NCBI RefSeq assembly: GCF_006345805.1
Contig: NC_043009.1
Coordinates: forward strand, 35,526,001 to 35,590,000
Direction of reading: 5' to 3'
Length of the DNA stretch: 64,000 bases
Source: Octopus sinensis
Taxonomy: Eukaryota
Under the pieces are notes generated by a model that was not told the origin of the DNA, did not search any database, and saw only the letters and a list, made by a program, of their open reading frames with translations. Position numbers and translations under genes: made by a program. Positions 26,618 through 39,589 of the stretch are shown one piece after another (within the stretch, counting starts at the first letter, position 1; each line of letters begins with the position of its first letter).

Positions 26618-26843
26618 TTCTTTATTGCCCACAAGGGGCTAGACATAGAGGGAACAAACAAGGACAGACGAAGGGATAAATCAATTACATCGACCCCAGT
26701 GCGTAACTGGTACTTTATTTATCGACCCCGATAGAATGAAAGGCAAAGTCGACCTCGGCGGAATTTGAACTCAGAACGTAAAGGCAGACGAAATACTGCT
26801 AAGCATTTCGCCCGGCGTGCTAATGTTTCTGCCAGTTCACCGC
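26617..26843 (-). mobile_element. Octopus SINE, full length (19.1-kb family)
   Basis: Reverse complement of the 19136-19367 unit, with its tail in (TA)n. Confidence 0.9.
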
Positions 26844-27398
26844 ATATATATATGCGCGAACACATTAATACGTATGCACACTCACACATGCATGTATGTA
26901 TATATACATAGATACATATCTATATATGCGTTTACACTTTTTACCCATTGTCTCTAAGAAGTTAATATAGATCCATATTGGTTAATTAATTCCGATTGGT
27001 TATTAGAATTTTTTATTGTTCAGTTTACTCTATAGTGTGTCAAGGAAAGTATTTGTTTTGCTGTCTGAATGTGAGTATGAAAATAATTAACATTTATATA
27101 GGCATGTATACAAGCGTACATAAATTTAGTCATATGTGTGTGTGTGTGTGTATATACATACACACACGCCTATACATGCATAAACAGACATATACAGCCA
27201 CATCCCTACACCTGCGCAAACACACACGTATGTACACATGCACTCAGACAGACACACATGTACTTATATATATATATATATATGTATAGATTTATGCATA
27301 TATACTTATATACATATATACAAAGATGCACATACATACGTCCGCACACATGCATATCCATATACATATACACGCATATATCCGCACATAGGCATATA

Positions 27399-28296
27399 CA
27401 GGGTGGGACAAAATAATGGAAACACCTTAAAATGTCAAACAAATTTATTTTAATATTGGGCAGGACCGTATTTGGAAGTAATTACAGCTTGAAATCTACG
27501 AGGTATGGACTCGTTTGCATTGTTTCCAAAGGAATTTTTGTCCATTCTTCAGCTAAAACAGTGTCCAGTTCATGTAGTGATGATGAAGGAGGATATCGAC
27601 ACTTTACATGTTTTTTTTTTCTCGTGCCATTCAGTAAAAATCTTAGCTATGTGACTTGGTGCAATATCATCCTGTGAAACAGTTCCGCAACCATAGCATG
27701 AATTTCATCAGATAAAATGCTTAAATAGTCTCGACTATTAATTCTGCCATGAAGAGAAACCATTGGGCCGGCGGAGTTCCAAGATATAGCTCCCTTATCC
27801 CGCCAGATCATCACAGCTTCTTCTTGTTTAACTGCTGGAAAAAGGCAGTCTGGGTCAAATTCTTCTTTTGGCTGTCTCCACACGTATACTCGGCCGGTGG
27901 TCGGAATTAAGGTAGAGGATGACTAACCCGAAAAAATAACATTCTTCCATTGCTCTAACGACCAATTCTGTAGGTTCTTACTCCACTCTAAACGCTTTGC
28001 AACTCTTGTTTTTAAAAGTAATGGTTTTCTGATTGCAATTCTCCTGTGAAATCCGGCTTTGTTCAGTTCCCGCAAACAGTTTTTGTGGAAACTGGGTTCT
28101 TGAAGTGGTCATTAAGCTCTGCAGTAATTTTGGAAGCTGTACTTTTATGGTCTTTTCTAACAATTCGCGTAAGTGCCCGACGGTACCTATCTGAGAGTCT
28201 TGGTTTTCTTCCGGAGTTTTGTTTCGACGGGGACGTTTTTCCCTCTTTCTCAAAGGGTATGATGCCGGGTGCTTCCATTTTTTTGTCCAACCCCTG
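27399..28296 (-). mobile_element. Internally deleted Tc1-like transposon
   Basis: TIRs cagggtgggacaaaataatggaaacacc and ggtgcttccatttttttgtccaacccctg, with TA on both sides. Minus frames SGRKPRLSDRYRRALTRIVRKDHKSTASKITAEL and VMIW..AISWNSAGPMVSLHGRINSRDYLSIL. Confidence 0.9.
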
Positions 28297-28389
28297 TATA
28301 TCAGCTTACAGAGATACATAAGATATGTATGTACGCGTATACACCCATGTACATGCACGTCCCAGCATACATACACACGCTCCTATCGC

Positions 28390-28423
<34 letters not shown>

Positions 28424-28602
28424 TCACACACACTTTCAGTTTTTTCAGTTTGAAAAAATTATATAGTAGGAGAGAGAATCCTGTAAGATTAAAAATAATT
28501 TTGAAGTATACAGAAGTTGTGTATATATAAAAAATAAAGAAACAAAAAAGTAAACAGGCACATATTAACTTAAATTGCATTTACACACACACAACACACA
28601 TA

Positions 28603-28646
<44 letters not shown>

Positions 28647-29068
28647 ACACACCCAAGTATCAATAAACAAATCAATAAATAGGCACGTATTGATTTAAAT
28701 AGTATATACATGTATGTGTATATAATCAAAATATAGACACTTAAAATTTCCAAGAAGGTTTTAAGCTGAAGTGAAAGCAGTATGTTCTTTGTCTATCTAC
28801 TTGCCTTCGTGGAGATTTTAGGTAAAATTATACTAATGTGTCCATATTTTTTAATTTAATTAAATTCCACGTCTTTACGCAACTGAGGATTGCTCTGCAT
28901 TTATATTTATGTAATGGTTGCACTGTTCAATTAAATGGAGATGCTTGAAACGATCGCACTGCATTACCTCTAGATATCCTTGTTCCTTATTTTGATTTTA
29001 ATCACCTTCTTTCGAAATTGTATGAATAATACCGTACTAAATAATACCGTACTATATATATACATATA

Positions 29069-29100
<32 letters not shown>

Positions 29101-29147
29101 GTTCATATATATGTACATATATACACACAAATGCAAATTCATATATA

Positions 29148-29185
<38 letters not shown>

Positions 29186-29225
29186 TAAATAAATGGAGTT
29201 AACGCAGGTGTAATCAAATATCTTT

Positions 29226-29310
29226 TCTTTCGACACATGTTTCGAAAATTCCACTGATACTATTCAAAAGAATAAATGGTATAAACAATGCAATCTTCTC
29301 TTCATCTAAA
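29226..29310 (-). ncRNA. Degenerate hammerhead-like motif
   Basis: Minus strand: (a)TGAAGA gaagattgcattg...cagtggaattttc GAAA catgtg TC. Long stem II and a palindromic ACATGT stem III, but C3 is lost and stem I is poor. Confidence 0.3.
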
Positions 29311-30885
29311 TATATATATATATAATATATACATATACATTTATAAACTCATACACTCCTGCATACATATACGTATATACACACATATACATATGTAGCT
29401 ATATACACGTATATACTATATATACTTACATATACATAAACATATCAATTTGTCATATGTAAACAAACATAAGATTGTTTTTAGAACACTGAAATGTATT
29501 ATATTTCAAGTAGAAAAATATTTTTTTCAACGCGTAAACTCTGATAGAACATCATATATTGTAAACTTTACGGCGCAGAAAATCCGTCAGCAAACAGATG
29601 GCTGGTTGCTGACAGATTTTTCTGCTCTTTATGGATTTTAGTCTATATATGCTGTTCTATCAGTATTTACGCGTTGCAAAATATATCTTTCTACTTGTAC
29701 TATATAATTTTGTATGCATATACGCACTCACACTCTTATACACACAATTATCTATATATATATGTGTGTGTGTTCAAAGAATATTAATGTGTCATTAAGG
29801 ATGTGTAAATGTAGTTATTAATGTTAGGCAAGGAGGTAAACAATAGTCAAACAGTTATTAATGTTACGAAGTGTGTATGTTTAAATGTTAGTGAATGGTG
29901 ACTAAGAATATGTAATGGTAGTTATTTACGTGAGGTAATGGGTGAAAATAATAATTTTAAGTGTAATGGTTATAGTTATTATTAGTAGTAGCACTATAGT
30001 AATGTAAATGTTTGGGAGTAAGGGAATTATAATAGTGGAGGTAAAAAATTAAAGTAATTATACGAATCTATTAGTGAGAGGCATTTTTTTAACAGAACGT
30101 CCAATAGTTATCAATGTTAAATATTATATTATATTTTTATATTATTGTAATGATATATTGTATAGTATATATATATATATACATACATATATAACATATA
30201 TATATATATATATATATATCATATCATATATTAATTAATTAATTACTTGAATTTAGAGAGTACATATTTTCCTGCATGAATGCAAGAATTATTTTCTTCT
30301 TTTCGTAAGTTAAGTAGGGAATTCCCAGAAGTAAGAATATGGAAAGCTTCCACAATGCATAGATTACATTTCTTGTTATTGATATCATAAGCCGTTGCAG
30401 AAGCAATGATATGCCATTTAATTTCAAACTCAATATTATTATCTTTTAATTCCCATATAAATTTGCATAATCCGGTGGAATAGTTTTGTGGAGAGCTAAG
30501 TCTATTAGAGGGGAGAATTGCGGAGGTATTGAGATAGAGATAGAGAGAGGAGCACTCCGCAAACTCATTCCATCTTTGAACGTCTTTTTGTCAACACCTC
30601 AAATATAAGATCTCTTCACTGAAGATGGAGGCTCGTCTCATCCAACCATGGAATCAATCAACAAACATTATTTTGGATCACCGAGTCACCCAAAACAAGT
30701 GCTGGATTTGTAATACTTTCTTCAACCTCTTTAATTCTTGATATTATTTCTACTCAGTGTAAGTCAGAGCATTTTGTATATAAGCATATATACATATTTT
30801 TGTATTTCATGTATTTAGTTTTGTATATTGACCTGCTAACTTGATTAACCGCACATTTACTTACATATATCTATCTATCTATATT

Positions 30886-30969
<84 letters not shown>

Positions 30970-31090
30970 TATGTGCATATATATATCTGTGTGTGTATAT
31001 GTATATTTATGCACACGATGTCACAGCACTTATATGCATGGACGCACATACACACGCAGAACCAATCAGTAGTAAGGAGAATGGAGTATA

Positions 31091-31304
31091 CGAAGGGCAC
31101 TGAAAAAATCCTGGCTTTCTGTAAAAGAAAATATATGAGTATCAGTATTATGATTTTATTCAATGCATTCCCTTTTCGGATACATTCAATTATTACAGCG
31201 GTCCTTCAGTTTTTCTAAGCCCTGTGAAATAACTCAGGAGTTTGGGCCTCAAACCAGGCCTTTCACGATACCCTTAAAGCCAGGAACTTTTCAGCACTGT
31301 CTCG
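31091..31304. mobile_element. mariner-derived MITE
   Basis: TIRs cgaagggcactgaaaaaatcctggcttt and aaagccaggaacttttcagcactgtctcg, with TA duplication at 31089-31090 and 31305-31306. Confidence 0.75.
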
Positions 31305-31814
31305 TATGAGATTTGCTTGAGAACAAAAAGCACATTCGATTATAAATGATTGTGAGGACGTGTACAGACACAAGTTACAATGTAGCCGCATTTAATTTAG
31401 ACAACGTTTGTTTCTCAAATTTATTCTTCCAAATTAAGTAAAGATAAATATTTTTACAAACAGAATTAATTTCAATTGTTTTATGTAAATAAATAAAAAT
31501 GAATTAATTATCTGTGTATATGCAAGCACCACATACATGCAAGCACACACTCACACACAAACAAACACACATACACAGCCACTTATATGACGTGGAATTT
31601 GAATCAATTTGCATTTGTTGACACTATGACGTTATCTGAAGTTCTTTTATTGTTGTGCAAATGATGTTGGCGTAATATCTATAAAATATTAATTTATATA
31701 ACATAAATTTTAATGTAACACCTATAAAAACGTATTAAACAGAGAAATATTTTATCTCCACACCTGCTATACAAATACCCACACTCTCAGATGCATATAC
31801 ATATATATATACAC

Positions 31815-32322
31815 ATACATACTTGGTGGCTGCCCCCTCGATATCGAGTATGGCCATTGCACGAAGCTTAATCAATGTTGTTATCGTGCAATGCCTGTGC
31901 AAGAAGATTTTTTTAAAGTGGGGAAAGGCTGTGCACTCCGCAAACTCATTCACTAAACAACAGCAGCCATAATCCAAAAAGAAGAACAAGTCAACATCAT
32001 CGGTAACCACCTACTCCTAGAAGGATGCCCTAACAAAGGCTAGGAGTCCTTCACTCCCAATGGTTTAACCACGCGATCGGGTATTCAGTCCGATCATGTC
32101 CCCGCGCATGATACAGCCTTAAGACATTTATTGGATGGCCGTTGACTCTCAAAAGTTCCTCCGCCCTTTGACGGGCTTTGTTTTTCATCCCGTAGGGTGT
32201 CCAATAAACACCGTCCTCACCAAACAAGCTTGGTGGAGTTGCCGGTTTAGTCACCGACGACCCGACCATGCAACAGGTTGTACTGGGTTACCTGTTACCA
32301 GTAGCACTCAAAAGTGAGCTGA
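31815..32322 (-). mobile_element. GC-rich non-autonomous retroposon, probably RTE-related (5'UTR-like plus 3' end)
   Basis: Much more GC-rich than its flanks. Contains gggcatccttctaggagtaggt (RTE 5'UTR-end-like) and ctaaaccggcaa shared with 11.27 kb. gcactccgcaaactcattc also occurs near 30.55 kb. Confidence 0.45.
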
Positions 32323-33997
32323 CACTACATACATACATACATACACTACATACATATATACACACATATATACATACATATATATACATACACACACATA
32401 TATATATGTATGTATTATGTATGTATGTATATAGGTAAATAAGTAGGAGTGTGTTGCGCTGTATAAATAATATTAATAAAAACGTAACAACCGGAAAACA
32501 CATGGAAAATTCGCAACGCACACGCACACACACATACACACACACACATACACACACACACATATATATATATGCATATACACTCATATGCATATGTGTA
32601 TATGTAGAGATTTAGTATTACCGAACTAATCCTATTGACTCAAATTCAACATTAACTTCTAAACCCAAATTAAACACGTCTCAGATTAGATGATATTTAA
32701 GTATCTGTGATGCACAGATCAGCGCTGCTTCCTTATATACAGTGCTACTACCCAGTATATATTTTGTATTTATTTCATTGAGTTCAGGATACATGACAGC
32801 TTATGGCACTCTCAGCAGTATTCCCTCTCAAATTCTAAAAGGACAAAACCAGAAACGGTTTTCTCCTATGAAACATCGTTTCTGATTGAGACACAAGACC
32901 ATCAATACTGGTAAGGGGTTTATTCGATAAGATCAGCATTCTGTATTTGATTAGTATTTTATTTTATCGGCCCGAAAATTTGAAAAGCAAAACTGGCCTC
33001 AATGGTAAATGAAATCAGATCATTAAAAGACGGAAACTATTTTGTGCCGATAATTTATTATCGACATTCATCTGGGGGAACAGAACTCCTGGTTTCATTA
33101 GTAATATCTTTATTTTAATAGATTACATCAAACAAATTTTCACGAAGCTTTAATGTTATCGAACGAAGAAGGATGACAAGCTGAATAGAAAGTGCAGCAA
33201 TTGAAAATAATGGAATGAAGTAACTAAATTTCAAGTGCTCCCCGACAAGCCAATCACCATCCAAATAATGATATTTCTCATTTCATATGGCATAACGAAG
33301 GGTTTTCTATTAGGGTAGGTACAGTCAATTATATTGACGTCAGTTAATGATTGTTAGTATAGTATCAAATCCATAAGGCTGTATGTCAAACTTTAACCTG
33401 AGAGGATTTCAAACTAGAGTATAAATAAACGTTTTACTAGGCTTTCTACTGGATCAATACCTACGACCCTATAAACTTGATTAGTAAGCGACACAAGACA
33501 TGACTGTTATATGACGATGGTGTTTCCGGATAAAAATCAGCTGTCAAAATGAAAGCTATTTAGATTAATGCTAAAGGAAAGCATCTATTATAAGGTTGGT
33601 AACTAGCCAGCTTTAAGTGAACGGAATGGAACGTTTTAGGAGAGATGTGTAGTTAATGTGTTTTACAATCAATATTAGCATCTTTTCGTAAGAAACGTGA
33701 GTTAAAGGTAAATAAATAATAGATGACTGTCGTTATGTATGTATGTTTTAAGATGAGTTTGATAGACGCAGCAGATCTGAACAGCAATCGAGAAGATAAT
33801 CGTGCAATAAATATGAGAACACTGCCGAACATTTTGCTAATTTTTTCTTTAAAAACTGAATAAAAAAAGGATAAGTATATGGTACGGATTATGTAATGAT
33901 TGATATAATATATCAATGAATAGGTTTTTAGATTTTGTGTGAGTATACAAACATGCATGCATGCATACATACATACATACATACATAGATACATACA

Positions 33998-34028
<31 letters not shown>

Positions 34029-34127
34029 GTATATATATATATATATATAGATATATATATGTGTATGTATGTATTATATATATACATTATATATATATAT
34101 ATTGTATGTATATATATAGATATATAT

Positions 34128-34161
<34 letters not shown>

Positions 34162-34201
34162 GTATGTATATATATGTATGTATATACACACACACACACA
34201 C

Positions 34202-34254
<53 letters not shown>

Positions 34255-35229
34255 GATACCAATTTCTTACTGAATAAATATTTACTATCACTGTGAAAAG
34301 AGAACATATTTTCAAAGCATGACTTAATTAATATTCATTAAAGATGCCGTATAGGACTTCGTTGTACGCATTTATCCATAACCATACTAAATCTTGATAT
34401 TCTCGTTAGAGTATGCATACACACACAAACGTACCCACACAGATACAACCATAAATCCAATTATAACTGAGATTAAGTATGGCCGTAAATCCTATTACCA
34501 CATGAACACTATTCGATGTGACATGGAAGTATATGTGAGCGAGATAAAGAGAGAAAGAGAGAGAGGAGTTGGGGGTTTGATGCCAAAGTAATGTTACCAA
34601 ACAAATATGCCACCAATTCATGCAAACTTGGAGGCATTTTGTATATTTGAACGTTCTGTGGAAAAACCCTAAATATGTGGATATATTGAGAGATAGCAAG
34701 GAGTGGTCGGTAAATATATCTATATAGTCTATCTCTCCATGGAGATACATGCTTAGCGTTCTCTGCAAAATGATGAACAGGCTGTACATCAAGATCCACT
34801 AAATAGATTTCTCCATGCTTTATATATGCCACCTCAATTTAATATCCAATATATTTCTGTTTAAGCTGAGCTGGGCTTGTTAGAACCCACGTCTTCCTCA
34901 GTCTCTATCTCAAGAAATATTTTGTTACAACTTTTTTTGTTTTTTGTGTTTGTTTTTTTTGTAAAATCTCACAAGTTGCAAATCGTCATTACTGCGATCT
35001 TTGCTGCCATCGCAATTTATCTAACTTCGTGATGAATAGCGTAGAATCATTATAAAAATACGAGGCACCAAATTTACGATCTTAATAACTTTCCCTTTCA
35101 TATGTAATATATCGTATATCCATTTTTTTTTATCGTACAATCGAATTTCGGATTCGAATCCCATACCTCAAAATAATATGACCAGTTATTAAGGCTAGAA
35201 ACTTATTTGTGTCGTTCAGCTTAGATTTA

Positions 35230-35587
35230 GAAACTAATTTCAAAATTCTGTAATCCCATTCTAAATAGTTCCTTCGTGTAAGGCTGAATAAGAAGATGAA
35301 AGAAACTGTGTTATGATCCTTATTATCTACCCGTATTCATATTTTCCCATATCTTAATAATACTGTCTCATTATTGTCCATTGAACAACCTATGTCATCA
35401 TAGAAGTTCATTGCGATTCGTTATTTCAAATTCCATGCTTATATCTTCATTAAATCTATGTTCTATCTAATCTTTCTCCTTTGCTGATATCCGTGCATCC
35501 ATAAATTGGTAATTTCGGTGGTTTTCTATCTCTAATAAAATGGCATATCTTGAACAATTCTAGCAGTGTTAAATGTATGGTTAAAGT

Positions 35588-35618
<31 letters not shown>

Positions 35619-35658
35619 GTATATATATGTATATATATATATATATAATATATATATA

Positions 35659-35720
<62 letters not shown>

Positions 35721-36560
35721 TGTGATTGTGTTTGTGTGTGTGTGCGTAAGTGTAAGCAAAACTGTTAAGCTATCGCTCTGACAATTTTCTCTGTTGATCT
35801 TAAGTATTCTTATTCGTAACAATGGCTTAATTGTGTCCCTTATTTACTCATGCACTTCACAATCAACTTTCTTGTACTCATAGATATTCGTATCATGTCC
35901 AAAGAATGGGAAACCATATCAAAGGACTGTTATATAATCTGTCCACGCTATTGAAAGATAGGAATGTTTCTTGTTGTAATTGTATGTTATTGATTAACTC
36001 GCCATAATTGCGCCTAAATATCTCTAGTCTGCTTTTAACATGCATTCACCTCTAGTCCTAATTATCTTGGCCAACCACTTATCGATATGTAATACAATTT
36101 ACTAGATGCTGTGAGTTGATGTGAGAGACTTACAAAAGAAAATGTGTGTTTTGAGTTAAGAAGAAAGGTGGTTGGCGTGCGATGTCATGGAAGGAAGGGT
36201 TGACATTGTAGTGCGTAGTAATCAGTATCGAGCACATGGACATATGGATAAAATATAAAGATGTAACTGGGAGGTAAAATGATAAAGGATTCTCGTGTTG
36301 AGTCGATGATACAATTACATGACTAGTCATTTATTGAAAATATTAATGGTGCAGTTTTCTAATTGGAAAATGATCCATCGTTGACTGTATGAGGGATGTT
36401 AACAAAGGGCTTCAATTTTACTATGGGGCCAGTGACTCGGCGCAGGTAACTTATTTCTTGGGCATTTATATTTTGCATTTTCAGTATAACGATTTTTTCC
36501 GAATTTCTGTTGTAGTCATCAGAATGATGCACTTTTTTCAATTTGTAACTCCATAAGATA
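35230..36560 (-). mobile_element. Heavily decayed R4/Dong RT region interrupted by (TA)n
   Basis: Minus-strand traces ENPLSFYLPVTSL (NYRPITCL-like), AWTDY....FDMVSHS and DISMEFE occur in the expected order. Confidence 0.4.
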
Positions 36561-37161
36561 TAAATGAAAGGAATGAATTGCTAACTTTCTCAATGCAGGT
36601 CTTTTCTATTCATCTCATAAACCAGTTGAGAATTTGAATTATATCAATAGAACCTCTAATCATCATGAAACTATTATTAATTCTACAATAAAGCTATTTC
36701 TAATAGTATATGTAAATTAACTGCAAACGGCAAACTTTTTAAACAGTATGTTAATTTCTGTAACGAGTCTCTAAGCAGGGACGGATATAAAGAAAAAATA
36801 TATTTGTTCTCGACTTGAATTACTCGATCACTAAAACAAAAGAACATGATAATGGACGATTAACGGATCTTCACCATAGTCACAAAAATCTAAATAACAT
36901 GCAGTGGTTAATGATTATTCTACATTTAATTATAATATTGATTATAAATATTTAAGTTTAATTCAATGTGTGATGCCATCTGGTGCGAAGCTCTGTACAC
37001 TGATATCTAAAATTCTAAATCAACCTAAAACGTACAATATTATTGATTACGTATTCAGAATGACTTTAAATAGCCAACACGCTTCTGATAAAATCAAGTG
37101 ATCTAATAATAAATTTTATAATAAAACGGCTAAGCAAAATTAAGTGAATAATCGTCCATAG

Positions 37162-37257
37162 AGACATCATAACTACACCAATCCCAACATAGACGATTAC
37201 CCGATATCCGACACCAGAACGGTTGTTCTTAATTGTGTAAGAGGGAGATATTGTGAT
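37162..37257 (+). CDS. Candidate exon (RHHNYTNPNIDDYPISDTRTVVLNCVRGRYCD)
   Basis: Weak acceptor ccatag|, donor GAT|gtatgt, 96 nt open, phase-compatible with 37690-37793. No recognised homolog. Confidence 0.18.
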
Positions 37258-37689
37258 GTATGTAATACTCCTTATGCTACAAATTTAATAACTTAATTTT
37301 TTTTAAATACTAGCTTTAATGTGTGATTTTTACCCCTCTTACAAGTTCGAGAAGGTTCGTAATGAACAAAGGATCAAACTTCCGTGTTATCAGCCAAACT
37401 TGTTTGATAACATTGCTACTGAAATAATTAACTGAAAAATGTTAGTCAGTTTGAATGGTCAGCTATCTAGCTCTTACTTCCGACCATTATATGACCATCA
37501 AAATTTCTATCAGCCACAAATTCCAACATATGACCTAAAGATTACCATTTGACAACTCAAGATAAGCATACATTAAATATTGTTGCTTTGGTATTGAATA
37601 GTGTAGTTGGTAGGCAAATTCAATATCGTCACCCTATGTTAAATTTTCTTCTCACACTCTGTTTTGCTCTAAATATTATCTTCCCATAG

Positions 37690-37793
37690 AGGGAAGAGAA
37701 TATTTTTCATAACAAGTTTAGCAGAATTTCACCTGAAGAAATGGAATATTTATGTAACAATACAAATTTACGTAATGCTGCCCAATGCCTTAA
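37690..37793 (+). CDS. Candidate exon (REENIFHNKFSRISPEEMEYLCNNTNLRNAAQCL)
   Basis: Pyrimidine-rich tract of about 45 nt ending cccatag|, donor TAA|gtaatg, open frame. No recognised homolog. Confidence 0.25.
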
Positions 37794-38087
37794 GTAATGG
37801 GCTCATATTTCAAATAAAACACGCTATTGGGACGCTCGTTGTGATGTTTTGAATTATCCATTTCCTATTGTTTGTTAAATATTATACCATGTAAAATATT
37901 CCAATTATAGCTTTGCTACATACACGGACTTGAAGGAACTCCAAAACCATAGAACAACTGTTTAATTCTGTATAGACTTCTGAACTGACGAATTGAATTT
38001 TCGAGTAATCTGTTTCAACAAATATACGCAGAGGTCATTCTAGGTTAATTTGGTAGATTCTTTATCTCTCTGCATCATATAATATAC

Positions 38088-38122
<35 letters not shown>

Positions 38123-38286
38123 CACACACACAAACATAAGCAAGCACACACACACATATACACATGCATTATACACGTATATATTTCGCAACATAAATTC
38201 ATGTAACTGATTAAAACCTTAGTGAGCTATGCTCAAATTAAAAGTAGATGAATAACAGTAACCAATAAAAGAATAAAATGTATTGT

Positions 38287-38330
<44 letters not shown>

Positions 38331-38650
38331 TGTGTGTGTTGCTGTGTATTGTGGATAGATATACTGAAATCTAGAGAAGCAGATCGAATAAAGCTCGTAT
38401 AAAATGCAAATATAATATGGTGAGATAATTGAATATAGTCACAAACACAGTCAATGCTGTATAATTTGTGGAAAATTCATGTTTTTCGCATCAATACCTC
38501 CATAAATTTACATCCTGTATACAATATTACACACATACCTACATACACGCACAACACACATATATTCACACACACATACATACATGCATACATACATACT
38601 CGTCTGCATACATATATGTATGTATATGTATATGTATATATATATGTATA

Positions 38651-38706
<56 letters not shown>

Positions 38707-39589
38707 TATGTATGTATATATATACATATATATATATGTGTGTGTATATATATATATATTCAGACACTTTTTCTTTCCCCTTTGACTCTGTCTCTCCCTC
38801 ACCCTCTCTTTCTCTCTCTCTCACATACACGCGCAACACATGCATACATACATACATATCACACACACAAGCATATGCCACTTACCATGTGAGAGATATA
38901 TGAGCCTTCTATCTGCTGATAAAATTCGATCTGTTTCGATGACAGCTGAATAACATATGTGTGGTGTCATTGTTTGATTGAACCTTTGATCTCTAATTCC
39001 GATCGCGTTTTGTCAGTTTGCCACAGGAAGACATCTGCAGACACTCAATGTTATAAACATTGATAGAATAACAAGTAAAAGGAACAGAAGCCCAAACATT
39101 TCACATTTATTTCAGGAAATCACGAATATTTTGGAAGAGATTCAATTAAATTAGCTTAATTTAAGGCTCTAAAGCACCCCTGGCATCAAAATTGATGACT
39201 GTGTTGTTCCTTGTACCAGATATAGCAGTTAAATTTCTCTCAAATCACAATTGTTTTATTTTAATAAAGGGACATATTAGAGAATTATTTTCCAATTGAA
39301 ACTATTTTAATAATTATTCCGCTAAATCATGGCTGGTTTTACTTATTGGTGTAATAGCAACTAAGAGAACTCGTGCATATTTCGGACGAACTCGTGCTTA
39401 TTTGGGTAAATTCATATCAATCACAAAGTGCTAGAGATAGAAGTAAATCTCCCTCAAATCGCACTTGTATTTAGTCCTTGATATAATATTCCAGAAAACA
39501 AAATGGCTTAGTCACTGTTGGGAAGCTACTCATTATAAGTGTGCCATTAAGTGGCATCATGGGTGAAATTAACAGAAACCACCTGAACG

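Noticed and set aside
36359-36541. Possible exon or RTE-like peptide (INAQEISYLRRVTG)
   Set aside because: It is better explained as part of the decayed R4 region on the same strand, and there are no consistent splice sites.
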